A program made the translations under genes and the position numbers. The notes under the pieces were generated by a model. It was not told the DNA's origin. It did not search any database and saw nothing but the letters and a program-made list of their open reading frames with translations. 43,612 nucleotides of DNA, taken from positions 1-43,612 of IMG/VR virus record IMGVR_UViG_3300037311_000479, one strand, 5' to 3'. Position 1 is the stretch's first letter. Each line of letters starts with the position of its first letter. This stretch comes from a virus. Its lineage: Duplodnaviria; Caudoviricetes. Below are positions 27,602 through 37,301 of this stretch, one piece after another.

Positions 27602-28597
27602 TTACGTGCTGTGCTGCCAACAGTTATTTGTTGGAAAATCATTATGTAAATTTCCATCAAGTAATCTACCTGATAGTTTTTTGCCAATTTTACATACACT
27701 TGTATCAGGATCAAACGTAAACCACTGTTTCCTTTTAACTCCAGGTTCGTTAACTCGCAAATCGTGTACTGGCATATATTCTCCCCACTGCTTAAAGAAA
27801 AAAGGCACTTCATGAATTTTACACTGGTCTCGTAAATTTCTAACCCAATCAGGGTGCATCGGTCTTGAACAAAAGCCACTTTCACCTCCAACAATTACCC
27901 AATCCAAATAGTCAATCCATAATGAATAACACCCATTACCTTCTTCCTTAAAATATTCAGCAATGCTTACTTCACCGAGTAATGGTTCACAACTTAAAAA
28001 CCTTACATCAGAAGGGGTTTGTAGTAGTAGTGGTATTCTTTCATTTGCTGCTTGTTGATTTTCTACAGAAACCCCAAGCCAAACATTTTTTAACGGCCAT
28101 TGCCATTTTGAAAAATCTATTTCAACACCATAGGAGTGCCAACATTGATAGCGTTTTCTTTCACTTCCTTGCATACCTTCATTTTTCCAACTTGTATCTT
28201 TCCAGTTAAAATATTCAAGCATCCGCTTAGGTCTCTTTGTAAGAATTTGGAATGTGTGTTGGCTGGCAATAGCCATTACAGCAAATATTTTATCTATAAA
28301 GTGAAATGGCACATTTTCATGAAATAAATCACTCATTGAGTTTACAAAAAAAGTTGTTGGTTTTTTTGTTCTCAATGGCTGTGTCAATACACTTTCTAAT
28401 AGATTTATTTTCCCTGTCCAGTTTAATCTACCACTATTGGTCTTTTTTACTACTCCGGCATACTTTTCTTTTGTTGATGGGTTGTGCATTAATCGATACG
28501 CCATTCGTATGGCATAACAATTTTCACAACCGGCACTTATTTTAGTGCAGCCAACAATAGGGTTCCATGTTTTTTCAGTCCATTCTATTTTACTCAT
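27602..28597 (-). CDS. Phage Gp37/Gp68 (DUF5131) family protein
   Basis: SKIEWTEKTWNP..GCTKISAGCENCYA, FVNSMSDLFH, WVIVGGESG, PFFFKQWG. Confidence 0.9.
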   Translation of the reverse strand: MSKIEWTEKTWNPIVGCTKISAGCENCYAIRMAYRLMHNPSTKEKYAGVVKKTNSGRLNWTGKINLLESVLTQPLRTKKPTTFFVNSMSDLFHENVPFHFIDKIFAVMAIASQHTFQILTKRPKRMLEYFNWKDTSWKNEGMQGSERKRYQCWHSYGVEIDFSKWQWPLKNVWLGVSVENQQAANERIPLLLQTPSDVRFLSCEPLLGEVSIAEYFKEEGNGCYSLWIDYLDWVIVGGESGFCSRPMHPDWVRNLRDQCKIHEVPFFFKQWGEYMPVHDLRVNEPGVKRKQWFTFDPDTSVCKIGKKLSGRLLDGNLHNDFPTNNCWQHST

Positions 28598-30285
28598 GCT
28601 ACTTTAATTTTAAGATTTTTAGTTAATCGGGCTGCCATCGCTTCTGCCCAAGCCTTTACTACATTAGGTACTACACTGTTGCCTATGAATTTTTTATGGT
28701 CGCTTTGGTTTCCTACCATTTGGTAGTCTTCAGGAAAGCCCTGTATTTTCAATAATTCAGGCACTCGTAACATTCTCATTTTAATATCCACCAATCCGTA
28801 AGCTGCCATAAATTGCTTAACCTTAATGGCTATTTCGGTATCGGTTTCTGTAATTTGTATTGCTACTTCTCCAGTTTCAGTTTGAACCAAGTATGGAGGC
28901 TTTTTATCCATTTTAGCAATCAGCGTAAAACATGGCTTATCGACCGATGCTCCATTGTTATTGAACTGTGGATTTACCTGCAATGGTTCATCAATACTTT
29001 TTGGTTGGTTGTTAAAATTTGTAGGGATAATAAATGGTTCTGCCTCTACTAAATTCATCTTTGGTACTGTAGTTAATGTTCCAGCAGGTTCTTCAATACT
29101 GCTATTCGTAATACTTTTAAAATCTCTGTCAATAAAGTATTTTGGTTGAACCAATGAAGCCCTGTCTTTAGTAGTTAATGTTGGGCAAGGCTCTCCTGTA
29201 GATGTATTGAAGCCATTCCCATAGTAGTGTTGCAAAAATTCAGTCTGTACTAACCCAAGCCTACCTTGGCAAGTAACAGTTGGTGAAGGTTCATCTATTG
29301 ACGGTGGATGATGCACACCTGTTTTGCCATTAATAGAATTGTATTTTAAAAGAAATTTAGCTTGTACAACCGCCTGTGTTGGAATAGTTGTAAGAGTACC
29401 TGCTACTGTATCTACTGATGTATTTTTACTTAACGGATGCCCACTTTTGTAATTACTCAAAAATGATTTATCACCATTCGCTACATATTTAATCAACCCT
29501 GCATATACTCGCTCAAGTGTTCTGTCGCTTAATGGCTTTTTCCTTTCAAATATGCTTTCGCCTTCATCTTCAAAATTCAATACCTCTTTAACCGCTTTCC
29601 ATTTTTCAGTACCCCCAAACATTCCAGCAGTTGCTTTCTTTGAATGTGTAGGCTCTGGCCATACAATCGGCAATCCTTCTTTTGCAAAGCAGCCAAACAG
29701 TCTATTGCGACTGGCATAAGCTCCATAGTCTGCACTATTCATTTCACGCCAATCATCTCTGTAACCATAGCTGCACATTTCATTTCTCCACCTCATAAAA
29801 TCCTGTCCATTTTTACGACTTACTGGCTTGCCATTATCATCCAACGGGCCCCAACTCATAAACTCAACAACATTTTCAATCTTTATGTAATCGGGGTTTA
29901 GTGCCTGTTGGTAGCGGAACAGGTGTTCAGCCAATGTTCTGCTATCGGCATTACGAGGCAATCCCCCTTTCGCTTTACTAAAATTTGTACACTCCAAAGA
30001 AGCCCACAGCACTACATAAGCATCAGGATAGATGTACTTCCAGTATTCAACCAAAGCTGTTAACTCACTTAAATCCAATGTCCTTATATCTTCCTTGTAA
30101 TGGGTAACATCAGGGTGGTTAAGCCAATGTGATTTAATGGCTTTAGGATCATGGTTTACACAAGCAACAACCTTTGCTATACTATTACCATCAATCATGG
30201 CATCTGCAAAGCCTGTTGTTGTGCCGCCAAATCCAGAAAACAAATCAACTATTAAAAAAATGGTTCCATAATTATAAATTGTCAA
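28594..30285 (-). CDS. C5 cytosine DNA methyltransferase with internal repeats (start uncertain)
   Basis: DLFSGFGG (motif I), ASLECT (catalytic Cys), IENV (VI), R.RLF (VIII), QGFP...IGNSV (IX/X). Confidence 0.9.
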   Translation of the reverse strand: MTIYNYGTIFLIVDLFSGFGGTTTGFADAMIDGNSIAKVVACVNHDPKAIKSHWLNHPDVTHYKEDIRTLDLSELTALVEYWKYIYPDAYVVLWASLECTNFSKAKGGLPRNADSRTLAEHLFRYQQALNPDYIKIENVVEFMSWGPLDDNGKPVSRKNGQDFMRWRNEMCSYGYRDDWREMNSADYGAYASRNRLFGCFAKEGLPIVWPEPTHSKKATAGMFGGTEKWKAVKEVLNFEDEGESIFERKKPLSDRTLERVYAGLIKYVANGDKSFLSNYKSGHPLSKNTSVDTVAGTLTTIPTQAVVQAKFLLKYNSINGKTGVHHPPSIDEPSPTVTCQGRLGLVQTEFLQHYYGNGFNTSTGEPCPTLTTKDRASLVQPKYFIDRDFKSITNSSIEEPAGTLTTVPKMNLVEAEPFIIPTNFNNQPKSIDEPLQVNPQFNNNGASVDKPCFTLIAKMDKKPPYLVQTETGEVAIQITETDTEIAIKVKQFMAAYGLVDIKMRMLRVPELLKIQGFPEDYQMVGNQSDHKKFIGNSVVPNVVKAWAEAMAARLTKNLKIKVA

Positions 30286-30288
30286 TTA

Positions 30289-30599
30289 TTGCCGCTTATT
30301 TCCGTTTAATTCTGAAGTGCTTCCGCTTATTGCCGCTTACTGCCACTACACTATTTTTTTAAGTAATTGATTATCAACGACTGCCCTCGTTGCCCTTTTT
30401 ATGCCCCGTAATTGCCCTCGTTTAAAATGCTGATAATCAATGACTGCCCTCTTGCCCTCGTTTTTTTCTATATTATAGGCGACACCCACTTTGTTTTTTG
30501 AAATAGTAAAAGGGTGTAGAAAGTAGGGAATGACGAAAAACGAGGGCAAAAAAGGGCGTTTTCCTACTAATGCCACATATTGCCAATTACTGCCACTTA
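30289..30599. repeat. Iteron-like TGCC-core repeat array, candidate replication origin
   Basis: More than 12 copies of TGCC(G/C/A)-core motifs at ~10-bp spacing; 14-bp perfect inverted repeat 30452-30465/30536-30549. Confidence 0.65.
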
Positions 30600-30646
30600 A
30601 AAAAGTTTCAAAAACTAATTTCTTTACTCTAAAAATTTTCATTTTT

Positions 30647-33196
30647 CTATTTTTCTGTTTCTTTTTTATCGCCATTAGGCAATTTTTTAATCAAAATCTC
30701 ATTAACATTTGTACCATGCCTGTCCTTTTGTTGCTTTAATTCATAGCCAAGCAACTCACAGGCATCCTCTATTGCTTTTTTAAAACGGCGTAGGCTGTAA
30801 TCCTTCTTATCAAAGTCATTCATCTTACAGAAACCTTCATACAATTTTTTAAGCTCCTGATAGCCTACAAATGGTGTTTCGTGGTAATCATCCCACCATG
30901 TCAAAAACTCATCACCAAATGCCGTTTTAACCTCCTTTCTTTTGGTGCTATCTTTTAGTTGAATGTTTACTATACCACTTTGCAAATACATCTGCACACA
31001 GCAAAACATTAAGTTGTAAAACCTATTCCATTCATCTCTATCCCAGTCATCAAAAAGTTGATGTCCAAAAAAGTCTTTTGGTAGATTTTCTTTAAAGTAT
31101 TGGCTGAATTCTAAAACCCGAAGCCTACGCTTGGCATGGTTGGCCGATGCTGGTATTGTATAGTTGGTGCTGAATAGAATTTTAGGAGCATCTTCATAGG
31201 GTATATAAAGTTCATCCTTATTCTTTTTTTCAATCGTTATCCCTTCAGTAATGATAGAGTAAAAGCCCTCAAAGTCTATCCGCTTACGGATGTCATTTAT
31301 TGCAATCAGTTTTGTATCAAGTTTTACCCTTTGGAAAGCAAAATTTTTATCCAGCTTGAAATTTTTACCATCTACCTGAACCGTGTTAATTAGTTGTGTA
31401 AGGGCATAAGTAAATATTCCCTTGCCGGTGCCACCGCCTTTTTTCTCATCGTCCGTTTCTTCCGTAAGCACCACACTATATGTGTTTGATTTGTCTTTAT
31501 ACTTATGCAGTAGGTAGCCGATAATACTCATGCAGTATTCTATCCTTTCAGGATCATCGCTACATATTTTCTGAATGAATTTGTAGTACTCAATATTGGA
31601 TGGCTCAACTTCGCTTTCATTGTATAAAATCACTTCATGGTTTATCACCTGGCTTTTCCAAATACTTTTCTTTATCTCTCCATAGGTTTTTAATTCATAC
31701 TTATCCTTTGTAACACAAACCACTCCATTTTTAAACGGGAAATAAGCTGCATTTTTTGTATCCTTTAAAAAATCAACATCATTGCGTTGCAAAAACTCCA
31801 AAAAGTTTTCGGCAAAAAGTATATTGTGGTTTTTGTAAACCACCTCTAACAAATCCTCGTTAGTCGTATTATCAAAAACAGCAGGTAGAGTTTGGATATA
31901 CTGTTGCACAAATTTTTTCATCTGCTCCGGGCTGGCTTCTTCAATCAATCCATCTTCTTCACGAATGATTCGAAATAAGTTTGAATTTTTATCATAGTAG
32001 TAAAGAGCAAATCCACCTTCACTTTGAATGAAGTTTACAAACTTTGTTCTCACAATGCTAATCTTCATATTTTCGGGATTTACATCCCAAAAAGTCAATA
32101 TTTTAAGTCCAATATTTTCGTTATAATTTTTGATTGTTTCTTTGGCATCTGACAACGATAAATCAGCTTTTTTAATCAACTCTTCAATAATCTCATCTTC
32201 GCCCATTTCCTTTTGTTTCAGTCGGCGGATAATATCCTCTGCTTTCTTCTCAATCTTTTTCCTAATCCTGCCATACCCATCATTTAGCAATTGTTTTGAA
32301 GCCTTACTGAAATCACTATTACACTCCAATACAGCATATACAGCATAGGGCAAGTAAGCCCGATTTGGTTCAAACTGGCTTGATGTTGTAAAAACTGAAA
32401 ACCATTTTTTAGCCTTTAAAAAATCGCCACTTGTTTTGCTTTTTGTATTGCCAGGTCGTTTGAAAACAATCCTTTCGTTTGTTTCTTTTACGACTGTCCA
32501 ACCATGCTTTTCAAGCAATGCAACAATATCGCAACGGTCGTTATAATCGTCAAAAGGAGAAAGGCTATATTGCTTTGGTTCTGATGGCTGATGTGTGATT
32601 GGCTTTTCATGCCATTGATTAAACGACCTTGCAGTTTCAAGTAAAATATCTCTTTCCTCAATAGTTATTACAGGGCATTGTGTAGGTTTATTTTGAATGA
32701 ACTCATACCCGGCAGATGGTGCGGCTATAACATATCCTCCTTCCCCTCTTGTTTCGATTAAAACAACTACTTTCTCATGTGGATTATTTTCTCTTTCCTC
32801 TGTGGTAGTTTCTCTACTGGCCAGCTTTTTATTCCCCTCTACAATTTCGCACCTGTAGTAGATATGATAGCCACCATTAATTGTTTTTGCTATCAGCAAT
32901 TTTTGAGCGAGTTCAATATTTGCATCGGTAACAGCCTGTATGTAGTCTTGCCAAAGTTGCCCAGTAATATCATGCTTAGAATCCACGTCAATCACTTCCA
33001 GACAGTTGCTTACCTTTCCACATATAACAGCAATTCCACTAACACGGCTATTTGAAAACATCCCGTTAATTTTGTCATCATTGGCTATTTCCCTTTGATA
33101 TTCTTTCCATGCTCCAATTGGTCTTTTATGAGCATCGGTTGCTATTATTGAATATTTATGTTTTGCGTATTTTTTTGCCTGTTCAAGTAATTTCAT
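30647..33196 (-). CDS. Bifunctional primase-polymerase fused to P-loop helicase
   Basis: VIDVD, GGYHIYY and ETRGEGGYVIAAPS (Prim-Pol); GGTGKG Walker A in the C-terminal helicase. Confidence 0.88.
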   Translation of the reverse strand: MKLLEQAKKYAKHKYSIIATDAHKRPIGAWKEYQREIANDDKINGMFSNSRVSGIAVICGKVSNCLEVIDVDSKHDITGQLWQDYIQAVTDANIELAQKLLIAKTINGGYHIYYRCEIVEGNKKLASRETTTEERENNPHEKVVVLIETRGEGGYVIAAPSAGYEFIQNKPTQCPVITIEERDILLETARSFNQWHEKPITHQPSEPKQYSLSPFDDYNDRCDIVALLEKHGWTVVKETNERIVFKRPGNTKSKTSGDFLKAKKWFSVFTTSSQFEPNRAYLPYAVYAVLECNSDFSKASKQLLNDGYGRIRKKIEKKAEDIIRRLKQKEMGEDEIIEELIKKADLSLSDAKETIKNYNENIGLKILTFWDVNPENMKISIVRTKFVNFIQSEGGFALYYYDKNSNLFRIIREEDGLIEEASPEQMKKFVQQYIQTLPAVFDNTTNEDLLEVVYKNHNILFAENFLEFLQRNDVDFLKDTKNAAYFPFKNGVVCVTKDKYELKTYGEIKKSIWKSQVINHEVILYNESEVEPSNIEYYKFIQKICSDDPERIEYCMSIIGYLLHKYKDKSNTYSVVLTEETDDEKKGGGTGKGIFTYALTQLINTVQVDGKNFKLDKNFAFQRVKLDTKLIAINDIRKRIDFEGFYSIITEGITIEKKNKDELYIPYEDAPKILFSTNYTIPASANHAKRRLRVLEFSQYFKENLPKDFFGHQLFDDWDRDEWNRFYNLMFCCVQMYLQSGIVNIQLKDSTKRKEVKTAFGDEFLTWWDDYHETPFVGYQELKKLYEGFCKMNDFDKKDYSLRRFKKAIEDACELLGYELKQQKDRHGTNVNEILIKKLPNGDKKETEK

Positions 33197-33468
33197 TATT
33201 GTATCATTTTTTTAAATTCAACAAAGCCGTCCCAGCCCTTAATCAAATAGGCTTCGGTGTCAAATTTTTTCAATTGCTCAATTCTGTATAACTGCAAGTC
33301 GCTGGCTTTTCCAGTCTCACTTTTTATTTCCAAAAAAATGACCCTGCCAGTTTTAATTATTTCCAGGTCAGGTATCCCATTTTTATTTGTTTGGATTAGT
33401 TTTAAAACAAACCACCCATCAGCCTCAAGATCCTTAATTATTTTCGCTTGTAATACTGCCTCTTTCAT
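33196..33468 (-). CDS. VRR-NUC domain nuclease
   Basis: EAVLQ...GIPDL...FLEIK...SDLQ. Confidence 0.85.
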   Translation of the reverse strand: MKEAVLQAKIIKDLEADGWFVLKLIQTNKNGIPDLEIIKTGRVIFLEIKSETGKASDLQLYRIEQLKKFDTEAYLIKGWDGFVEFKKMIQ

Positions 33469-33875
33469 TATTTCATTCTTTTTCGCTCAATACATTCTTT
33501 TAAAAACATCAAATCACAAATACGATCCCTTATATACAGCTGGTCGTGCCAATAAGTAACCATTAGCTGTAGGGTTGACTGAATGAATTTTTTTGGGTTA
33601 CTAATTCGTGTGGCTTTTCCAAAAACCGTTTTCTTTTCAGGTATTGATACAGACAAAAAGAAGTTTTTTAATTCGGTAGCTTTTTCTTTTAACTCATTCC
33701 TGTTTTTAAAAGGAAAAAGAGCTTCGTTTACATCTTCTTTTAATGGTACTATTTCGTCATCATTTGTAGCATTAAGAATAGGCAGTTGCTCATGTTCTAA
33801 TTCCACCGATTTTGGGGTAATTAAAACAGTATCTGATTTTCTTAAATCATTTTTTATTTTGTCTAATAACCCCAT
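33468..33875 (-). CDS. Hypothetical protein (start likely ATG 33875)
   Basis: Operon packing with neighbours. Confidence 0.55.
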   Translation of the reverse strand: MGLLDKIKNDLRKSDTVLITPKSVELEHEQLPILNATNDDEIVPLKEDVNEALFPFKNRNELKEKATELKNFFLSVSIPEKKTVFGKATRISNPKKFIQSTLQLMVTYWHDQLYIRDRICDLMFLKECIERKRMK

Positions 33876-33984
33876 TTTCGACTGCTTCAATTTCTTTTTT
33901 TATTTCAATAAAATCTCTGATAGTGTAATCAGGATTTTCTTTTATCAAGTCATCAGCCAACTTTACTAACTCTTGTAGGTTCAT
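33847..33984 (-). CDS. 45-aa hypothetical protein (MNLQELVKLADD...)
   Basis: ATG at 33984 overlapping the helicase end. Confidence 0.45.
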   Translation of the reverse strand: MNLQELVKLADDLIKENPDYTIRDFIEIKKEIEAVENGVIRQNKK

Positions 33985-35251
33985 AACTCTTAATTTTAAA
34001 GTCTCTTTTAAAGTATGACAATGTGTAGTCTTGTTTACCCATAACAGATTTGTATATCTTTTCTTCAATACCGCCATCACAAAAAATCCAATATAACAAG
34101 CACTCTTTAGTCCTGTTTTTACTCTGCAATCTTGCTCTTGCCTGTTGGTAACTAACAGAGGAGAAGTCAATATTTAGCATTATCAAACAATCAGCAGTAC
34201 TTAAATCAATTCCCTCACGTCCGCTTTGAATTTGTGAGATAAACACTAGATCATTCACACCATTGCCATACCCATACTTGTTAAAAAAATCAGGGTCGCT
34301 GGTAGTGTTGAAGTACTTTTTTAACATTAATTCTTCTGCTCTAAATTTATAGAATATGGCAATCTTTTTTCCCATGAATTGTTGCTTAATAAACTCAACC
34401 TTAGATGTGTCAAAGCATATTGGCTGTTGGATATTATCAGCAATAACAGTTCCGCTATATATTTGGTGCAACTTCTGCATTAGCTTAACCTCTGTATCGG
34501 CCACAATTTCTTCTCCATTGCTACCGATATGCACACGTTTTTTTCGCATCTTATCAGCAAGGTTGTATGTTACATCTTTCATTCTTACTTTCAAAACATG
34601 CTCTTGCACATTCTGTATAAACCCAGCTTCTTCTTGCGTACAGCTAATAAAAAGATGCTTACAAAAATTATCAATATTAGCTTGTCTTGCTTTGCTGTAA
34701 TCAGTAATTTCTCGGTTGTAGAAATATCGCTTTTTCTTATCTACAAATTCAGTCGCCCACTTATAAAAAGTGGTGTATTCATCAAAAGGCGAAAACTCAC
34801 TAATCCAAAATTGGTGGTAAATTTGGCTATAGCTTTCGGGCGTTGGTGTTCCGCTTAAATAAATAATTGGCTTGCCTTTACACAGTTCTTTTAGCTGCTT
34901 CGTTCTTTCTGCCGGTTGCGGAAATTGACCCAAACAATGAGCTTCATCGCAAATAATTAAATCAAAATCTTTATCAGCGACTTTGCCAATGCTTTCATAA
35001 TTAGTTACCAGTAATTTATACTTCGGCTTTAACAATTCGCAATCATTTTCTATGCTGCTTATTGCCTTCTTTTTAGTCAAAAACAAAACATTTGCCCATT
35101 CCTTTTGCGACAAATATTTATCAGCAGCGTACAGAGAAGTTAGTGTTTTCCCTGTCCGTACCTGCATAGATAAATAGGCAATTTTGTACTGTTGTATCAA
35201 ACTACAAGCCTTTTCCGATATTTCAATTTGGTATGGTCTTAAAGTAATCAT
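33953..35251 (-). CDS. SF2 (SNF2/DEAH-like) helicase
   Basis: LRPYQ, RTGKT, DEAH, LSGTP, GREGIDL, QARAR. Confidence 0.9.
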   Translation of the reverse strand: MITLRPYQIEISEKACSLIQQYKIAYLSMQVRTGKTLTSLYAADKYLSQKEWANVLFLTKKKAISSIENDCELLKPKYKLLVTNYESIGKVADKDFDLIICDEAHCLGQFPQPAERTKQLKELCKGKPIIYLSGTPTPESYSQIYHQFWISEFSPFDEYTTFYKWATEFVDKKKRYFYNREITDYSKARQANIDNFCKHLFISCTQEEAGFIQNVQEHVLKVRMKDVTYNLADKMRKKRVHIGSNGEEIVADTEVKLMQKLHQIYSGTVIADNIQQPICFDTSKVEFIKQQFMGKKIAIFYKFRAEELMLKKYFNTTSDPDFFNKYGYGNGVNDLVFISQIQSGREGIDLSTADCLIMLNIDFSSVSYQQARARLQSKNRTKECLLYWIFCDGGIEEKIYKSVMGKQDYTLSYFKRDFKIKSYEPTRVSKVG

Positions 35252-36030
35252 ACTGTCTCCAATTCTTCATTTCCATTACTGCTTTCATTGGTAAAGGGTT
35301 TATCAAATACAAGCAATACAGCCCCTACCATAGTACCACTTTCTTTAAATTCTCCTGCTTCAATTTCCTCAATGTGAGGATCAAACTCTTTTAACCAATC
35401 CCTAAACTCTGTTTCCTTTTTGTTACTGGATGATTGCCAATGCTTAGATGCAATGGTTATGATTGTTCCCCCTGGCTTTACCACTTGAAACATTTTGCGG
35501 ATATGCTCAATGTCTTGGTTTTTGCTAAATGGCGGATTGGCAATAACTATGTCATACTCGTTTTCAATTTCTGTTTGTAAAAAGTCATCACCAATGATAT
35601 TGGCTGTAGGTACTTTCTTTAACGATGTTTGGTTAATCTCCATTAATTCGAAGCAATCAACCTGCAAACCTTCCATATTTCTATTGATAGCTTTTACAAT
35701 CGCCCCACGTCCGGCAGATGGCTCCAGTATTTTACTGTTACTGTAAATAATTGCCTTTGATACAAGCCTATCCGCTAATTCATCAGGTGTTGGGAAAAAC
35801 TGGAATTCCTTTTTTAAGTTTCGCTTTTCACCCGATACAATCTGTTCTAACAGTTCGGTAGGGTCTTCTTCAAAAACAAAACCCTGCGTTTTTCCGCCTT
35901 TCCATTTACCACCGATAAGCTCCAATTGTTTTTTTACTTCGGTGTATTCTTTTCTGTCCAGTTGAATGTTCGGCAACTTTACTATGTTGCCGTCTATCTT
36001 GCATTGTTGCAATACTTCTTTTGTAGTCAT
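35248..36030 (-). CDS. N6-adenine-type DNA methyltransferase
   Basis: QFFPTP, LEPSAGRG, ANPPF. Confidence 0.85.
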   Translation of the reverse strand: MTTKEVLQQCKIDGNIVKLPNIQLDRKEYTEVKKQLELIGGKWKGGKTQGFVFEEDPTELLEQIVSGEKRNLKKEFQFFPTPDELADRLVSKAIIYSNSKILEPSAGRGAIVKAINRNMEGLQVDCFELMEINQTSLKKVPTANIIGDDFLQTEIENEYDIVIANPPFSKNQDIEHIRKMFQVVKPGGTIITIASKHWQSSSNKKETEFRDWLKEFDPHIEEIEAGEFKESGTMVGAVLLVFDKPFTNESSNGNEELETV

Positions 36031-36056
36031 TTTACTTTGTTTAATTGTTTAATAAA

Positions 36057-36355
36057 TTATGTAAATTCAAATCGCTCATTCTCTTTTATAATGGTAGTTT
36101 TAAAAGGAAATTTATCCTTTGGCACTTTTTCAATCATATCCATTAGATTGGCAGAACCTGTAAATAATACTCGTTACTACCATCAACCAATACTTGTATG
36201 TAAAGGCATTTACCAGTTCCTTTATCATATTTTGAAACCTCAATCTTGTAGGCTTCAACAGTTATTTGTTTGTTGAGTATCCTATCAATTTTTATTTTAT
36301 CGCCCTCAAAACTTTTGCTTTGTGGCTTTATGCCGAAGTCTTTAAAACTGTTCAT
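36057..36355 (-). pseudogene. ~99-aa RT-coupled protein with a 1-nt frameshift at ~36174 (candidate DGR accessory gene)
   Basis: Adding one A (AGT AA CGA to AGT AAA CGA) joins MNSFKDFGIK...VDGS to KRVLFTGSANLMDMIEKVPKDKFPFKTTIIKENERFEFT*. Confidence 0.65.
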
Positions 36356-37301
36356 GTAATAATTTTTTCAATAAATTTTTTAAATTACAATGCTTCGCCC
36401 AGCCATAATAGGAGGCTATCGAAGCATCGTTTTTTCTTCTGTATAACATCTTTGCAAATCGCTGTTTTATGCTTTTTCTTAAAAGGGTATGGGTGTGGTA
36501 AAATCTGTACCCAACAAAATCAATACTTCTGGCAGCAACTGGAAAGACCTGGTAGTTATCCTTTACTTTCAAATCAAGATTATCGTATAAGTAGTTGGTT
36601 ATTTCTGTAAGTAGATTGTGCAGGTAAGCCTTGTTGCTACTTAGAATAACTATGTCGTCTGCATAGCGGAAATAATACTTTACATTTTTTATTTCTTTAA
36701 TCCAATGGTCGAAGTATGTCAGATAAAAATTTGCGAAATATTGGCTTAGATAATTGCCTATTGGTAATCCGTCCGCACTATCAATAATTTCATCCAATAA
36801 CCACAATAAATCATTGTCTTTTATTTTTCGGCGAAGCAGTTGTTTTAAAATATCATGGTTGATATTTGGATAGAATTTTTTAATATCCAATTTCATGCAA
36901 TACGTTGTTCCTGCAACATCTTTCAAAGCTCTTTTAATGTCATTAGCTGCTGCATGAATTCCCTTGCCTTTGATGCAGCTATATGAGTTGGCAGTAAAGC
37001 AATTCACAAACACCGGCTCTAATATGTTCATTACTGCATGGTGAGTAATTCTATCAGGGTAATATGGCAATCTGAAAACTTCACGTTCCTTTGGTTCATA
37101 TACCTTAAATGTTGTGTAAGGAGAAGTTTTGTAGGTCTTATTCTTCAGCATTTCTTGAAGCATCAATAAATTTTCTGCTGCATTTTTTTGATGTACAATA
37201 ACACCGTATTGTTTGTTCTTGCCTCTACTTGCTTTTGCATCGGCAAGCTGCAAGTTTTCAATACTATAAATTTGATTATATATGTTGCCTATTCTTTTCA
37301 T
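36342..37301 (-). CDS. DGR reverse transcriptase
   Basis: GLPIGNYLSQ (DGR-type GxxxSQ), YFRYADD, KLDIKKFY; 319 aa; no maturase or endonuclease domain; adjacent TR. Confidence 0.96.
   Translation of the reverse strand: MKRIGNIYNQIYSIENLQLADAKASRGKNKQYGVIVHQKNAAENLLMLQEMLKNKTYKTSPYTTFKVYEPKEREVFRLPYYPDRITHHAVMNILEPVFVNCFTANSYSCIKGKGIHAAANDIKRALKDVAGTTYCMKLDIKKFYPNINHDILKQLLRRKIKDNDLLWLLDEIIDSADGLPIGNYLSQYFANFYLTYFDHWIKEIKNVKYYFRYADDIVILSSNKAYLHNLLTEITNYLYDNLDLKVKDNYQVFPVAARSIDFVGYRFYHTHTLLRKSIKQRFAKMLYRRKNDASIASYYGWAKHCNLKNLLKKLLHEQF

Noticed and set aside
30289-30599. CRISPR array
   Set aside because: Repeats are short, degenerate and lack unique spacers of regular length; no cas genes
30346-30739. 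ORFs 30346-30675 (-) and 30530-30739 (+)
   Set aside because: They run through the repeat array and have low-complexity, non-protein-like translations
36342-37301. RT as group II intron, retron or Abi RT
   Set aside because: No maturase or endonuclease domain and no retron VTG motif; the GxxxSQ motif and A-specific TR/VR pairs identify a DGR
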